A stretch of DNA of 32,000 nucleotides from the NCBI RefSeq assembly GCF_000179635.2, contig NC_014833.1, positions 3,300,001 through 3,332,000 on the forward strand. The letters run 5' to 3'. The number at the start of each line of letters is the position of its first letter. Position 1 is the first letter of the stretch. This document shows positions 18,537 through 28,165 of this stretch, piece after piece. This DNA comes from Ruminococcus albus 7 = DSM 20455. GTDB taxonomy: Bacteria > Bacillota > Clostridia > Oscillospirales > Ruminococcaceae. The notes below the pieces were generated by a model. It worked only from the letters and a program-made list of their open reading frames with translations, was not told the origin of the DNA and ran no database searches. The translations under genes and the position numbers were made by a program.

Positions 18537-19184
18537 TTATTTCAGCGATTTTACTGCAGCTTTCCTGTCCTCAACCCCGAATATATAAGTACCCGAAACA
18601 AACACGTTGGCACCTGCCTCGCGGCAAAGCTTTACGGTCTGTCCGTTGATACCGCCGTCGACTTCAATATCGACCTGCGGACGTCCCATACTGTCGAGCA
18701 GATAACGTATCTCGCTGATCTTTTCAAGGGTATCGGGGTTGAATTTCTGTCCGCCGAATCCGGGTTCAACCGTCATAACAAGTACCATATCCACGCTTTC
18801 AAGATAAGGCTTTACTGCCGAAACAGGTGTCCCGGGCTTTATGGATATGCCTGCACTTTTTCCGTGGGCATGGATCTTGTCGATGACTGCCTGCGGATCG
18901 CTTGCAGCTTCAAGATGGAAGGTGATCATATCCGATCCCAGCTCCGCATAATCGTCGATATAGCGAATGGGGTCGGTTATCATCAGATGAGTGTCCAGCG
19001 GTATTCCTGCCGCTTTTTTTACACATTTCAGCACAGGGGTGCCGAAGCTTATATTGTTTACAAATACGCCGTCCATGACATCACAGTGGAGCCAGTCAGC
19101 GCCTGCCTTTTCAATGCTTTCTATCTCGTTTTTCAGGTCTGCCAGATCGCAGCCCAGAAGAGAAGCCGATACAAGATCTTTCAT
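18537..19184 (-). CDS. rpe: Ribulose-phosphate 3-epimerase
   Basis: 215 aa. SLLGCDLADL, HCDVMDGVFVNNISFG, MTVEPGFGGQKF and DGGIN motifs are present. Confidence 0.93.
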   Translation of the reverse strand: MKDLVSASLLGCDLADLKNEIESIEKAGADWLHCDVMDGVFVNNISFGTPVLKCVKKAAGIPLDTHLMITDPIRYIDDYAELGSDMITFHLEAASDPQAVIDKIHAHGKSAGISIKPGTPVSAVKPYLESVDMVLVMTVEPGFGGQKFNPDTLEKISEIRYLLDSMGRPQVDIEVDGGINGQTVKLCREAGANVFVSGTYIFGVEDRKAAVKSLK

Positions 19185-19232
19185 ATTTACACAACCTTAC
19201 CTTTTTAATTCGTTTTTTATAATACTCCCTTT

Positions 19233-19595
19233 TTACAAAAGTGTTCCTTCAGGATCTATCACAGAAAAACCATACGCTTTTAAAAATTTTACAACGCGAT
19301 TGACTGCACTGTCTTCAGATCCGCTTGAATAACCCAAAAGTCCGCTTTTTCCACCGCTTGAAACAACTTCAACAAATATTTGATCGATAGTTTGTTCAAC
19401 AATTACTGTCAAAGTAAGGGTAGAGCTTATTCTGTGATAATAATCTTCAGCTATAAAGATCATTACTTTCCGTTTTGGTTCAATGATCTTTTTTATAAAA
19501 ACACCGTCTCTGGAATCAGTATTTGAATAAAACCAATCAGTCAAAGTTTTTTCTATGTCAATGCTATACTGTGAAATCAATTTAGTTTTTTTCAT
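19233..19595 (-). CDS. Hypothetical protein (120 aa)
   Basis: ATG at 19595 after SD ggagga. Visibly AT-rich. The central VSSGGKSGLLGYSSGSE resembles a small DUF family found in Clostridia, but the assignment is unsure. Confidence 0.55.
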   Translation of the reverse strand: MKKTKLISQYSIDIEKTLTDWFYSNTDSRDGVFIKKIIEPKRKVMIFIAEDYYHRISSTLTLTVIVEQTIDQIFVEVVSSGGKSGLLGYSSGSEDSAVNRVVKFLKAYGFSVIDPEGTLL

Positions 19596-19709
19596 ATTAT
19601 CCTCCAAAGAATCCCAATGTCATATTAACGGCACAAAAGTCAAAAGGGAATTATATTACTTTCCAAAAGAGATGTCAAGCACCGAAAACGTCTGCTGACT
19701 TATCCCGAA

Positions 19710-20960
19710 TTATTTTCTTATCTGACCGTTGCCTGTTACGATGTACTTGGTTGTGGTCATCTCACGCAGACCCATAGGTCCTCTTGCGTGGAGCTTCTGA
19801 GTTGATATACCCAGCTCAGCACCCAGACCGAACATCTCACCGTCGGTGAAACGTGTGGATACATTTACGTATACAGCCGCAGCGTCGATACGCTTGGTGA
19901 ATTCCTGAGCGGAGAACAGGCTCTCGGTAACTATGCACTCAGAATGTCCTGTGCTGTACTTTGAGATATGCTCGATAGCCTCAGCCAGATCATCAACTAC
20001 CTTTATGGATATGATGTAGTCAAGGAACTCGGTAGCATAGTCATCCTCATCAGCGGGAACTACGCAGTCGCCAAGTATCTGCCTTGTCATCTCACAGCCG
20101 CGTATCTCAACATTGTGCTCGTCAAGACGCTTCTTCAGCTTGGGCAGGAACTGTTCGGCAACATCACGGTGTACAAGACAGCTTTCCACTGCGTTGCATA
20201 CCGAGGGGCGCTGTGTCTTTCCGTTATCAACGATATCAACAGCCATTTTCAGGTCAGCGGATGCATCAACATATACGTGGCAGTTGCCTGTACCTGTTTC
20301 GATAACAGGAACAGTAGCTGTCTGTACAACAGCCTTGATAAGCTGTGCGCCGCCGCGGGGAACGAGTATGTCGATGTACTTGTTAGCTGTCATCATATCG
20401 TGAGCGATGCCTCTGTCGGTATCCTCAACCAGCTGGATTATATCGGGATCGAAACCTGCCCTCTTTACTGCAACACGCATGAGGTCAGCCAGACATTTGT
20501 TTGAGTTTATAGCTTCCTTGCCGCCGCGGAGGATAACTGCGTTGCCGCTTTTAAGGCTGAGTATAGCCGCATCAACAGTAACGTTGGGGCGAGCTTCGTA
20601 TATCATGCCAACAACGCCCATAGGTACGCGGACTCTCTCTATCTTCATGCCGTTGGGACGAGTGCTTCCGTCGATCACCTCACCCACGGGATCGGGATAC
20701 TTTGATAGTGCTTCGCAGGCATTTGCCATGCTTTCTATCCTTGCATCGTTCAGTGCAAGTCTGTCCAGCAGGGATTCGCTCATCTTGCGTATCCTGCCGT
20801 TTTCAAGGTCAACTGCGTTAGCCTCGATTATCTCCTTCTTGCTGTTGCGGAGGATATGTGCTATCTCCAGCAGTGCATCATTTTTCATGTCAGATGAAGC
20901 GAAAGCGATAGTACCCTTGGCTGCCTGCGCTCTCTGACCCAGTGTGTCGATGTAACCCAT
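19710..20960 (-). CDS. proA: Glutamate-5-semialdehyde dehydrogenase (gamma-glutamyl phosphate reductase)
   Basis: ATG at 20960 after SD aaggag. Aldehyde dehydrogenase-like with TRFTDGEMFGLGAE...GPMGL, typical of ProA. Confidence 0.92.
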   Translation of the reverse strand: MGYIDTLGQRAQAAKGTIAFASSDMKNDALLEIAHILRNSKKEIIEANAVDLENGRIRKMSESLLDRLALNDARIESMANACEALSKYPDPVGEVIDGSTRPNGMKIERVRVPMGVVGMIYEARPNVTVDAAILSLKSGNAVILRGGKEAINSNKCLADLMRVAVKRAGFDPDIIQLVEDTDRGIAHDMMTANKYIDILVPRGGAQLIKAVVQTATVPVIETGTGNCHVYVDASADLKMAVDIVDNGKTQRPSVCNAVESCLVHRDVAEQFLPKLKKRLDEHNVEIRGCEMTRQILGDCVVPADEDDYATEFLDYIISIKVVDDLAEAIEHISKYSTGHSECIVTESLFSAQEFTKRIDAAAVYVNVSTRFTDGEMFGLGAELGISTQKLHARGPMGLREMTTTKYIVTGNGQIRK

Positions 20961-20997
20961 AATTAACGCTCCTTTCAAGCATCATTTATTCTGTTTT

Positions 20998-21390
20998 TCA
21001 GCGATATCCGTATATACAGTACACGCCGTTTTCTTCTTCGTAAGGTATGGAATACTTTTTCAGTATATCTTCAAGTTCTTTCCCCGCATCAATTATCTCG
21101 GGGGCAATAAGTTTACCGCGCACCTTTTGGGTGCATGGTCGTATCTTCACCCATTCAAGTGCAAAGGCACCGTTGAACAAGCCTTCGTATAAATACGCTT
21201 CATACCAGTTTATTTCCTCGGTGCATGGCTCTTCATCTGTGATAAATTTCACTGTATACGGCGGCTGAAACGGCATTTCGTTCATCATAGCCTGCCGCAG
21301 TATATCCCACTTTTCCTTGCTCAGACAGTTTTCAAGACCTTTCGTCTGTGCCGCCCGAAAAGCTTCTGATTTAAGTTCGTCAGCAGTCAT
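20998..21390 (-). CDS. Hypothetical protein (130 aa)
   Basis: ATG at 21390 after SD gaggtg. The protein is acidic. No family recognised. Confidence 0.5.
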   Translation of the reverse strand: MTADELKSEAFRAAQTKGLENCLSKEKWDILRQAMMNEMPFQPPYTVKFITDEEPCTEEINWYEAYLYEGLFNGAFALEWVKIRPCTQKVRGKLIAPEIIDAGKELEDILKKYSIPYEEENGVYCIYGYR

Positions 21391-21403
21391 GATACACCTC
21401 GGT

Positions 21404-21745
21404 TCAAAGTCCCAGTATCGTAAAGCACCCGCAGTTCTCAAATGCGTCTTCCACCCAGATGGCAGCTTCATCGGTTATCTCTTTGACTATTCCGCCTTTC
21501 TTTTCGGCAAGACGGCAAACTTCCTCCCACTTTTCGGGATAGATAAGGTTCTCGCCGCAGTCATCGTAATCAGGCAGGACGTTTTTCAGTATCTCTTCCA
21601 GCCCGCAGGTATACATTATATCGTCATGCAGGAATATGGAACCGTCGTTATGGTAGCGGTCGCCCTTATCCCAGTCCCATTCGCCTTTGAAAAACTCATA
21701 ATATACAGTGCTGACGCGCTCATTATTATGGACGAAATACTTCAT
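21404..21745 (-). CDS. Hypothetical protein (113 aa)
   Basis: The ORF starts 1 nt after the VanZ stop. It is acidic and Trp/Cys-containing. No family recognised. Confidence 0.5.
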   Translation of the reverse strand: MKYFVHNNERVSTVYYEFFKGEWDWDKGDRYHNDGSIFLHDDIMYTCGLEEILKNVLPDYDDCGENLIYPEKWEEVCRLAEKKGGIVKEITDEAAIWVEDAFENCGCFTILGL

Positions 21746-21746
21746 G

Positions 21747-22319
21747 CTATCCCTCCTGTGCGGTGCTTTTTGTTTTTGTGTTCCCGCCGCGCTTCATATG
21801 CCGAAACAGTGCGTATATCCCGTAACCTGCCATAACGCCTGCGGTGTTCAGAATAAGGTCGTCGATATCGCTCGCCCTTACCGCAAAGGGCAGCTGCAAT
21901 ATCTCTATGCAAAGTGACATCCCTGCACCTGCCGCAGTTACTTTCCAAAAGCTGTCAAGACGTTTGAAAAGTATGGGCAGTATTATTCCGCTAGGTATGA
22001 ACATCATAACGTTGCCTGCGATATTGAGAAGTATATCAACAGGGTCGATGTAATCGAGGATATTCACGAAAGGGATCATATTTATCCTCAGAGGTAGGAT
22101 ATTCGCGGTATCGAATTCCAGCGGCAGCACCCTGCCGTTATTTATCTGCATCGGAAAAAATGTTATCCTCAGCAGCACAGCTAAATTCACATACATCAAA
22201 AGCATCATAAGTTCGCGCTTGATACCGAACTTCTTGTTCTTTAAAGCCAGCACCGCTCTTATGATGACCCACAACACCGCGAATACTGTCTCGGTTGGTA
22301 TAAACGGTATGTATATCAC
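21747..22319 (-). CDS. VanZ family membrane protein
   Basis: 190 aa and multi-TM. NMIPF, NIAGNVMMFIPSGIILP and SDIDDLILNTAGVMAGY are VanZ-like. The GTG start overlaps the proB TAG (TAGTG). Confidence 0.75.
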   Translation of the reverse strand: MIYIPFIPTETVFAVLWVIIRAVLALKNKKFGIKRELMMLLMYVNLAVLLRITFFPMQINNGRVLPLEFDTANILPLRINMIPFVNILDYIDPVDILLNIAGNVMMFIPSGIILPILFKRLDSFWKVTAAGAGMSLCIEILQLPFAVRASDIDDLILNTAGVMAGYGIYALFRHMKRGGNTKTKSTAQEG

Positions 22320-23173
22320 TATTCTTCAACTATATCGCTGTCACTGCTTTCATCGACAGCAGGCACTTTTTTCTCGTCAGGTGAACCCTTAGCCTTGAAC
22401 CTTGTGCCCAGACTACCTGTTTCAAACAGGTAGTACAGATTATCGGGGTTCTTGCCGTTTAAGATTATCATATCTATGCCGCTGTTCACAGCGATCTCGG
22501 CTGCATTTATCTTAGTTATCATACCGCCTGTACCCATCTTGGTGCCTGCACCGCCTGCCAGTTTCCTGATATCGTCGGTCAGTTCTTCAACTACGGGTAT
22601 CAGCTTGGCATCGGGGTCAAGGCGCGGATCGGCATCGTAAAGTCCGTCGATATCGGACATTATTATCAGCAGATCTGCATTTGCTATCTTAGCCACGGTA
22701 GCCGCCAGAGAATCGTTCTCGCCTACTTCGAGTTCAAGTTCGTCTATAGCAACAGTGTCATTCTCGTTGACTATCGGTATAGCGCCCAGCTGTATAACTC
22801 TTTCCAGAGCGTTCTGAACGTTCTGTCTTCTGTCCTCTAACAGCACGAACTTTGTCAGCAGAAGCTGTGCCACATTTATGCTGTATTCAGCAAAAAGCTT
22901 GTCGTAAAGATACATCAGCTCGCACTGACCCACAGCCGCACACGCCTGCTTTGTGGGGGTATCCTTTGGTCGTTCCACCAGACCTATCTTGGACATACCC
23001 AGACCGATAGCGCCGCTTGACACGAGTATTATCTCATGTCCCGCATTCTGCAGGTCTGCCAGATTCTTTACCAGACCTTCCACACGCCTTATGTTAAGTC
23101 TTCCCGTACGGTGTGTAAGTGTGGATGTCCCCACCTTTACGACAACTCTTTTCTTATCTTTTAAATATGACAT
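22319..23173 (-). CDS. proB: Glutamate 5-kinase (no PUA domain, acidic C-terminal tail)
   Basis: 284 aa. VVKVGTSTLT, ILVSSGAIGLG, ENDTVA and GTGGMITKINAAE motifs are present. Confidence 0.92.
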   Translation of the reverse strand: MSYLKDKKRVVVKVGTSTLTHRTGRLNIRRVEGLVKNLADLQNAGHEIILVSSGAIGLGMSKIGLVERPKDTPTKQACAAVGQCELMYLYDKLFAEYSINVAQLLLTKFVLLEDRRQNVQNALERVIQLGAIPIVNENDTVAIDELELEVGENDSLAATVAKIANADLLIIMSDIDGLYDADPRLDPDAKLIPVVEELTDDIRKLAGGAGTKMGTGGMITKINAAEIAVNSGIDMIILNGKNPDNLYYLFETGSLGTRFKAKGSPDEKKVPAVDESSDSDIVEE

Positions 23174-23200
23174 TTATCTCTACCTCTTTCGTCGGTATAC

Positions 23201-25417
23201 TCAAAGTATCTCCCCAAGATTCTCGTATACGAATTCCTGTGCCGTCCTCGGGAAAAGAACGGTCTTGTAAGTCCTGTTGAGGGATGAGATCTTCTCCCTC
23301 TCGATTATACCTGCCTCATCGGAAAGTATGGTGGCAGCCAGACGCTTCTGTCCGTTCTCCACCTTTTCCGTCAGGTAGTTCTCGTTTATCAGCCAGCTTT
23401 TTATAGCCTCACTGACAGGCTTCTTATCGGCGCTTAGTCCCAGCTGAGTGAGTATCTCATCACACATCTGCGGCAGCGATAACTCCTCATCGGTGCCCTG
23501 CAGACCTTCTGCGCCGTTCTTTATCATATCAGCCAGACTGCCTCCTTCGGCATTATCTGACTGCATATCTTTTCTTTCAGGGTGTTCGCGGAGGTACTTC
23601 TGTATCTCTACGATGAAGTACATACCGTACCTTTCCTGCTTTACCTTGCCCACACCGGGCACTTCAAGGAAATCGCTCTGCGTTACGGGCATCTTCACGC
23701 ACATCTCACGCAGTACGGAATCTCCGAAAACTATGTATGCAGGCACAGATATCTCCGCCGCCAGTTTCGCACGCAGCTTTCTCAGACGTTCAAACAGCTC
23801 TCTGTCGAAGGCTGTAACACCGTGTTCCTTCTTCTTTATAACAGGTTCTTCCTTGCTGTGCTTAGGCAAACGCATACTTACCTTTTTATTCTGCATCAGC
23901 ACCTCGGCTGACTTTCGTGTAAGCACAAGGGTATTGTGCTCGCCCTCAGTGAGATAGCCCTCAGCCTGTAAATACTGTATCTCCGAGCGTATCTGCGCTG
24001 TGGATACATCTTTCATTATCGAATAGGTGGAAAGGGTATCCAGTCCGAACTGCTTTATCTTTGCATTTGCTGAACCCTTCAGCACCGCCGATACCACCAC
24101 CGCACCGAAGTGCATATTCCTCTGGTGCAGTCTGTATACGCAGGAAAGTATCTTCTGCGCATCAACGGTTATATCCGTAAGTTCTGTCTCTCCCAGACAG
24201 TTAGAGCAGTTTCCGCAGGTACACTTACGCTTTTCTCCGAAATAATCCAGTATGAACTGACGCAGGCATCTGCCCGTGTTGCAGTAGTCCGTCATACTGC
24301 GCAGCTTCTGCAGGTCACGCTTGCGGACAAGTTCACTGGTATCATCATCAAGCTCTGAATTATCCCTTGAATTTTCTATAAGAAATTTATTTGTTACTAT
24401 ATCCTTTGCGCTGTAAAGCAGTATACACTTTGCCTCGCTGCCGTCACGTCCCGCACGTCCTGCTTCCTGATAATAATTTTCAATATTCTTGGGCATATTA
24501 TAATGCAGTACAAAGCTGACATTGGATTTATCTATACCCATGCCGAATGCATTGGTCGCCGCTATGAGGTCTACGCGGTCATAGATGAAATCATCCTGAT
24601 TCTTTTTTCTCTCCTCCGCCGAAAGCCCTGCGTGATAGCGGGTGCATGGTATGCCGTCAGCAGTGAGTTTTTCACTGACCTCATCCACCGCTTTTCTGGT
24701 GGCGCAGTAGATTATCCCGCAGCTGCCCTTGTTTTCAAGCACTATCTTTTTAGCGGCAGCATACTTGTCCTTAGCGTGTGTGACCCCGAAATACAGGTTC
24801 TCACGGTCGAAGCCCGTGGTCACACATACGGGATCGTCAAGTCCCAGCAGCCTTGATATATCAGCCCTTACCTGGTCCGTCGCCGTCGCCGTGAAAGCGC
24901 CTACCGTCGGACGGTACGGCAGCTGTGAAAGAAACTCCGATATCCTCAGATAGTGTGGTCTGAAATCCTGTCCCCACTGTGATACGCAGTGAGCCTCATC
25001 AACAGCCACAAGGGATATCCTGACATTTCTTGCCAGTTCCATAAAAGAAGGCGTACACAGCCTTTCGGGGGCAACATAGATAAGCTTATACATTCCCCTT
25101 GAAGCATTGGCAAGAGCAGTATTGTACTGCTGCATCGTCAGGGAGGAATTCAGATAAGCCGCCCTTACACCGGATTGTATAAGGCTGTTGACCTGATCCT
25201 TCATCAGTGATATCAGCGGAGATATGACAATCGTTATGCCGTCAAGCATCAGCGCGGGTATCTGATAGCACATGGATTTTCCTGCACCTGTAGGCATGAT
25301 ACCGACAGCATCATGTCCGCTGAGGAGCGCATCTATAAGGGGAAGCTGTCCCCCGCGGAAATCCGTATGTCCAAAGAAGTCGCGCAGCACGCTGTATTTA
25401 TCCGAAAAATCGGTCAT
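23201..25417 (-). CDS. recQ: ATP-dependent DNA helicase RecQ (long form)
   Basis: 738 aa. It has the RecQ N-terminus FGHTDFRGGQ, Walker A PTGAGKS, DEAH as VDEAHCVSQWGQDFRP, the zinc-binding CRRQ-like CLRQFILDYFGE...CGNCSNC, and an HRDC-like region, followed by about 130 extra C-terminal residues. Confidence 0.92.
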   Translation of the reverse strand: MTDFSDKYSVLRDFFGHTDFRGGQLPLIDALLSGHDAVGIMPTGAGKSMCYQIPALMLDGITIVISPLISLMKDQVNSLIQSGVRAAYLNSSLTMQQYNTALANASRGMYKLIYVAPERLCTPSFMELARNVRISLVAVDEAHCVSQWGQDFRPHYLRISEFLSQLPYRPTVGAFTATATDQVRADISRLLGLDDPVCVTTGFDRENLYFGVTHAKDKYAAAKKIVLENKGSCGIIYCATRKAVDEVSEKLTADGIPCTRYHAGLSAEERKKNQDDFIYDRVDLIAATNAFGMGIDKSNVSFVLHYNMPKNIENYYQEAGRAGRDGSEAKCILLYSAKDIVTNKFLIENSRDNSELDDDTSELVRKRDLQKLRSMTDYCNTGRCLRQFILDYFGEKRKCTCGNCSNCLGETELTDITVDAQKILSCVYRLHQRNMHFGAVVVSAVLKGSANAKIKQFGLDTLSTYSIMKDVSTAQIRSEIQYLQAEGYLTEGEHNTLVLTRKSAEVLMQNKKVSMRLPKHSKEEPVIKKKEHGVTAFDRELFERLRKLRAKLAAEISVPAYIVFGDSVLREMCVKMPVTQSDFLEVPGVGKVKQERYGMYFIVEIQKYLREHPERKDMQSDNAEGGSLADMIKNGAEGLQGTDEELSLPQMCDEILTQLGLSADKKPVSEAIKSWLINENYLTEKVENGQKRLAATILSDEAGIIEREKISSLNRTYKTVLFPRTAQEFVYENLGEIL

Positions 25418-25564
25418 TGTATCATCAGCTCTTTCCGGGATTGGCTATAGTGCCGCCTGCATTAACAGGAGCAGCTATACTTATAAATATACGTACACAG
25501 TATATTATATCACAATCAGAATAAAAATGCAAGATATAAGAAAGCACAAGGAAAGGTATCGTAA

Positions 25565-26242
25565 ATGCTGATAGTTTTTATACGTTCATTAATACTTTAT
25601 TTTGTCATCATGGCGGCTGTCAGGCTGATGGGCAAGCGTCAGATAGGTGATCTTCAGCCGTCCGAGCTGGTGATAACCATGCTGCTGTCAAATGTGGTAA
25701 CACTTACAGTAGAGGATATAAGCATACCCATGATGATGGGCATAGTCCCTGTATTCACTCTGGTCAGCATAGATGTGATAATATCCTTCCTGTGCCTGAG
25801 GTACCGCAGGATACGGCGCACTGTCAGCGGTTCGGCAAAGCTTATCATAGCCGACGGAAAGATAGACCAGAAAGTCATGCGTGAGCTCAGGTTCACCACA
25901 GACGATCTTATGGCGGCACTTCGCGCCCAGCAGGTGTTCGACCTGAAGGATGTCCAGTTCGCTGTCGCTGAAACTACAGGCACTATATCTGTGTGTCCGA
26001 AGAAGACCGCCTCGCCACCCACAGCCGAGGATATGGGCATACACCTGAAAAACAGCGACCCTCCCGTTATGGTGATAAGCGACGGTGAGATATCAATGTC
26101 AGCGCTGGATCATCTGGGGCTTGATGAGGTATGGCTTGACAGAGTGATAAAGACACAGGGTACAGATATGGGAGAGATATTCATAATGACAGCTGAGAGC
26201 GCCTCGGATTATACCATCATAAAAAAGGAGATACCGAAATGA
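25565..26242 (+). CDS. DUF421 (YetF-like) membrane protein
   Basis: 225 aa. The N-terminal RLMGKRQIGDLQPSELVITMLL is typical of DUF421. Confidence 0.8.
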   Translation: MLIVFIRSLILYFVIMAAVRLMGKRQIGDLQPSELVITMLLSNVVTLTVEDISIPMMMGIVPVFTLVSIDVIISFLCLRYRRIRRTVSGSAKLIIADGKIDQKVMRELRFTTDDLMAALRAQQVFDLKDVQFAVAETTGTISVCPKKTASPPTAEDMGIHLKNSDPPVMVISDGEISMSALDHLGLDEVWLDRVIKTQGTDMGEIFIMTAESASDYTIIKKEIPK

Positions 26243-26610
26243 AAAGACTGGTGATAAGCATACTGCTGCTCACACTGATACTGGCAGCAGGGATATCCTC
26301 CGCAGTATATGTAAACAGCTTCGATAAGAGCATTCAGCTGCTTTGCAGCAAGATCAGAGCAGAGGCAGTCATGGGAGAGGACACCGTAAATGATACGGCA
26401 AAACTTTGCAGTATGTGGGGAAGCCACAGTAAGGTGCTCGCTTTTATAGATAATTCCTCGAACGTCACGGCAGTATCAGCTGAGATATCAAAACTTCCCG
26501 CCCTGGCAGAAACAGGTTCCGAAGACCTTATCGTGCAGATAGATAATGTATCAGAACTATGCCGCCGGCTTTCTGAAAGACAGATACTCCATATACGATC
26601 GCTGCTGTAA
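26239..26610 (+). CDS. DUF4363-like small membrane-anchored protein
   Basis: 123 aa with an N-terminal TM helix. ATGA overlap with the DUF421 gene. This gene pair is common in Clostridia (from memory). Confidence 0.6.
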   Translation: MKRLVISILLLTLILAAGISSAVYVNSFDKSIQLLCSKIRAEAVMGEDTVNDTAKLCSMWGSHSKVLAFIDNSSNVTAVSAEISKLPALAETGSEDLIVQIDNVSELCRRLSERQILHIRSLL

Positions 26611-26743
26611 ATTTCAGAAAAACAGAATATTTCAAATTAAAACACAAATCTATCACATAATTGTTTTATAATGTATCATGTGTTATTGCATAATTATTTT
26701 GAATCAATAGGTTTTCAGACCCGGTGAGGAAAGGATAGATAAT

Positions 26744-27976
26744 ATGATAAAAAAGATGACAGCCCTTCTGCTGGCACTGGCTATATGCACAAGCGCTATG
26801 GCAGGATGCAGCAATAAAAAGGATAAGGACAAGAAGTCCGCAAACGATGCCGATACTACCGCAGCAGAGGATGAAGCAGCAGGTCCCGCAAAGGAAGAGG
26901 TACTGCCTGAGCCTTCGCTGACCATAGACGGCGAGAAGATAGATACCACAGATTATGTTATGTGCAATATCGCAGGTATTGATGTTACCTTCGATGAATT
27001 CAGGTTCTACTATTTTACGAACCTGGCTCAGTACAAGCAGTTCGGTATAGATGAGAATGACCTGAAAAGCAATCCCGAAACTTATCAGAAGTTCCTGGAT
27101 TACGTCATAAGCGCTATCAAGAATGAACTTGTTACCGATAAGCTTGCTGCAGACAACGAGATAGTTCTTGACGAAGAGGATCAGCAGGTAATTGACGGAA
27201 ACGTAAACAAGTGCAAGGCAGATTACGGCAACGAGGAGGAATTCCAGAAGGAGCTGAAAAGATCATACCTTACCTATGATGTTCTGCAAAAGATGTTCGT
27301 AAGAGCACAGACCTACAACAAGGTCATGGATACACTGTTTAAAAATGGCGGAAAGTACGCAACTACCGAGGAGGATTTCCTGAAACTGGTACAGGATCCC
27401 GAGCAGTATGCACATGAAGTTCATATCATGATACCCTTCTATTCACAGGTAGACCTTGATGACAGCACAGCTGCCACCTTTGATGATATGACACTTTCCC
27501 AGAAGGTAAACGCCAAGAACTCCGCATACAACGCACTCGACGCAGAGGCCAAGACAGCTGCCAACGAAAAGGCAAAGGCAGTAGCTGAGGAAGTTCTGAA
27601 GCTTGCTCAGGACGGTGAGGATTTCACCAAGCTGGTAGAAGAGTACAACTGGGATAGCGGCATGGAGGAAGATCCCAAGAGGGGCTACTACATGAAGCGC
27701 GACAACACAGGAGATTTCCCCAAGGAGTTACTTGAAGAAGCTTTCTCCCTCAAACCCGGTCAGATATCTGACAAGGTGGTAGAAAATCCTACTTACGGTT
27801 ATTTCATAATAAAGCGCCTTGAGCCTGATATGAACTATATAAAAGAAAACATCGACAGCCTCATAGCAGCCAACGATAATCCTGCTATACAGGCGAAGTT
27901 CAGCGAAGTGCTCGAAAGCATGAACGTGACCTACTGCGGTGTATGGGACAAGCTCACATTTGACAGCATAACCTGA
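26744..27976 (+). CDS. PrsA/SurA-like peptidyl-prolyl isomerase lipoprotein (parvulin domain)
   Basis: 410 aa. Lipobox SAMAGCSN. Parvulin-like HEVHIMIP ... FSLKPGQISDKVVENPTYGYFIIKR. Confidence 0.75.
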   Translation: MIKKMTALLLALAICTSAMAGCSNKKDKDKKSANDADTTAAEDEAAGPAKEEVLPEPSLTIDGEKIDTTDYVMCNIAGIDVTFDEFRFYYFTNLAQYKQFGIDENDLKSNPETYQKFLDYVISAIKNELVTDKLAADNEIVLDEEDQQVIDGNVNKCKADYGNEEEFQKELKRSYLTYDVLQKMFVRAQTYNKVMDTLFKNGGKYATTEEDFLKLVQDPEQYAHEVHIMIPFYSQVDLDDSTAATFDDMTLSQKVNAKNSAYNALDAEAKTAANEKAKAVAEEVLKLAQDGEDFTKLVEEYNWDSGMEEDPKRGYYMKRDNTGDFPKELLEEAFSLKPGQISDKVVENPTYGYFIIKRLEPDMNYIKENIDSLIAANDNPAIQAKFSEVLESMNVTYCGVWDKLTFDSIT

Positions 27977-28079
27977 TGATACTTTACCGCATAAGGCGGT
28001 ACTTATACATAACTTTATAACATTGAACGGGGGATAGCTTTTCTGAAGAAAGGTTATCCCCCGTAAACGTATCCGCCAG

Positions 28080-28124
28080 AAAAAACAGGGGGCAGCCGTG
28101 TTTGCTGACACAGCTGTCCCCTGT
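28080..28124 (-). terminator. Terminator of the dockerin-VanY gene
   Basis: Stem acagggggcagc/gctgtcccctgt with one mismatch. The A-run at 28080-28085 gives a U-run on the minus strand. Confidence 0.5.
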
Positions 28125-28165
28125 CGGTAATTATATACGTATCAGTACCGCCCCTATAGTCTTTA

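Noticed and set aside
28027-28064. 10-bp hairpin acgggggata/tatcccccgt after the PrsA-like gene as a terminator
   Set aside because: No T-run follows on either strand, so I did not call it a terminator. It may still act as a transcript-stabilising hairpin.
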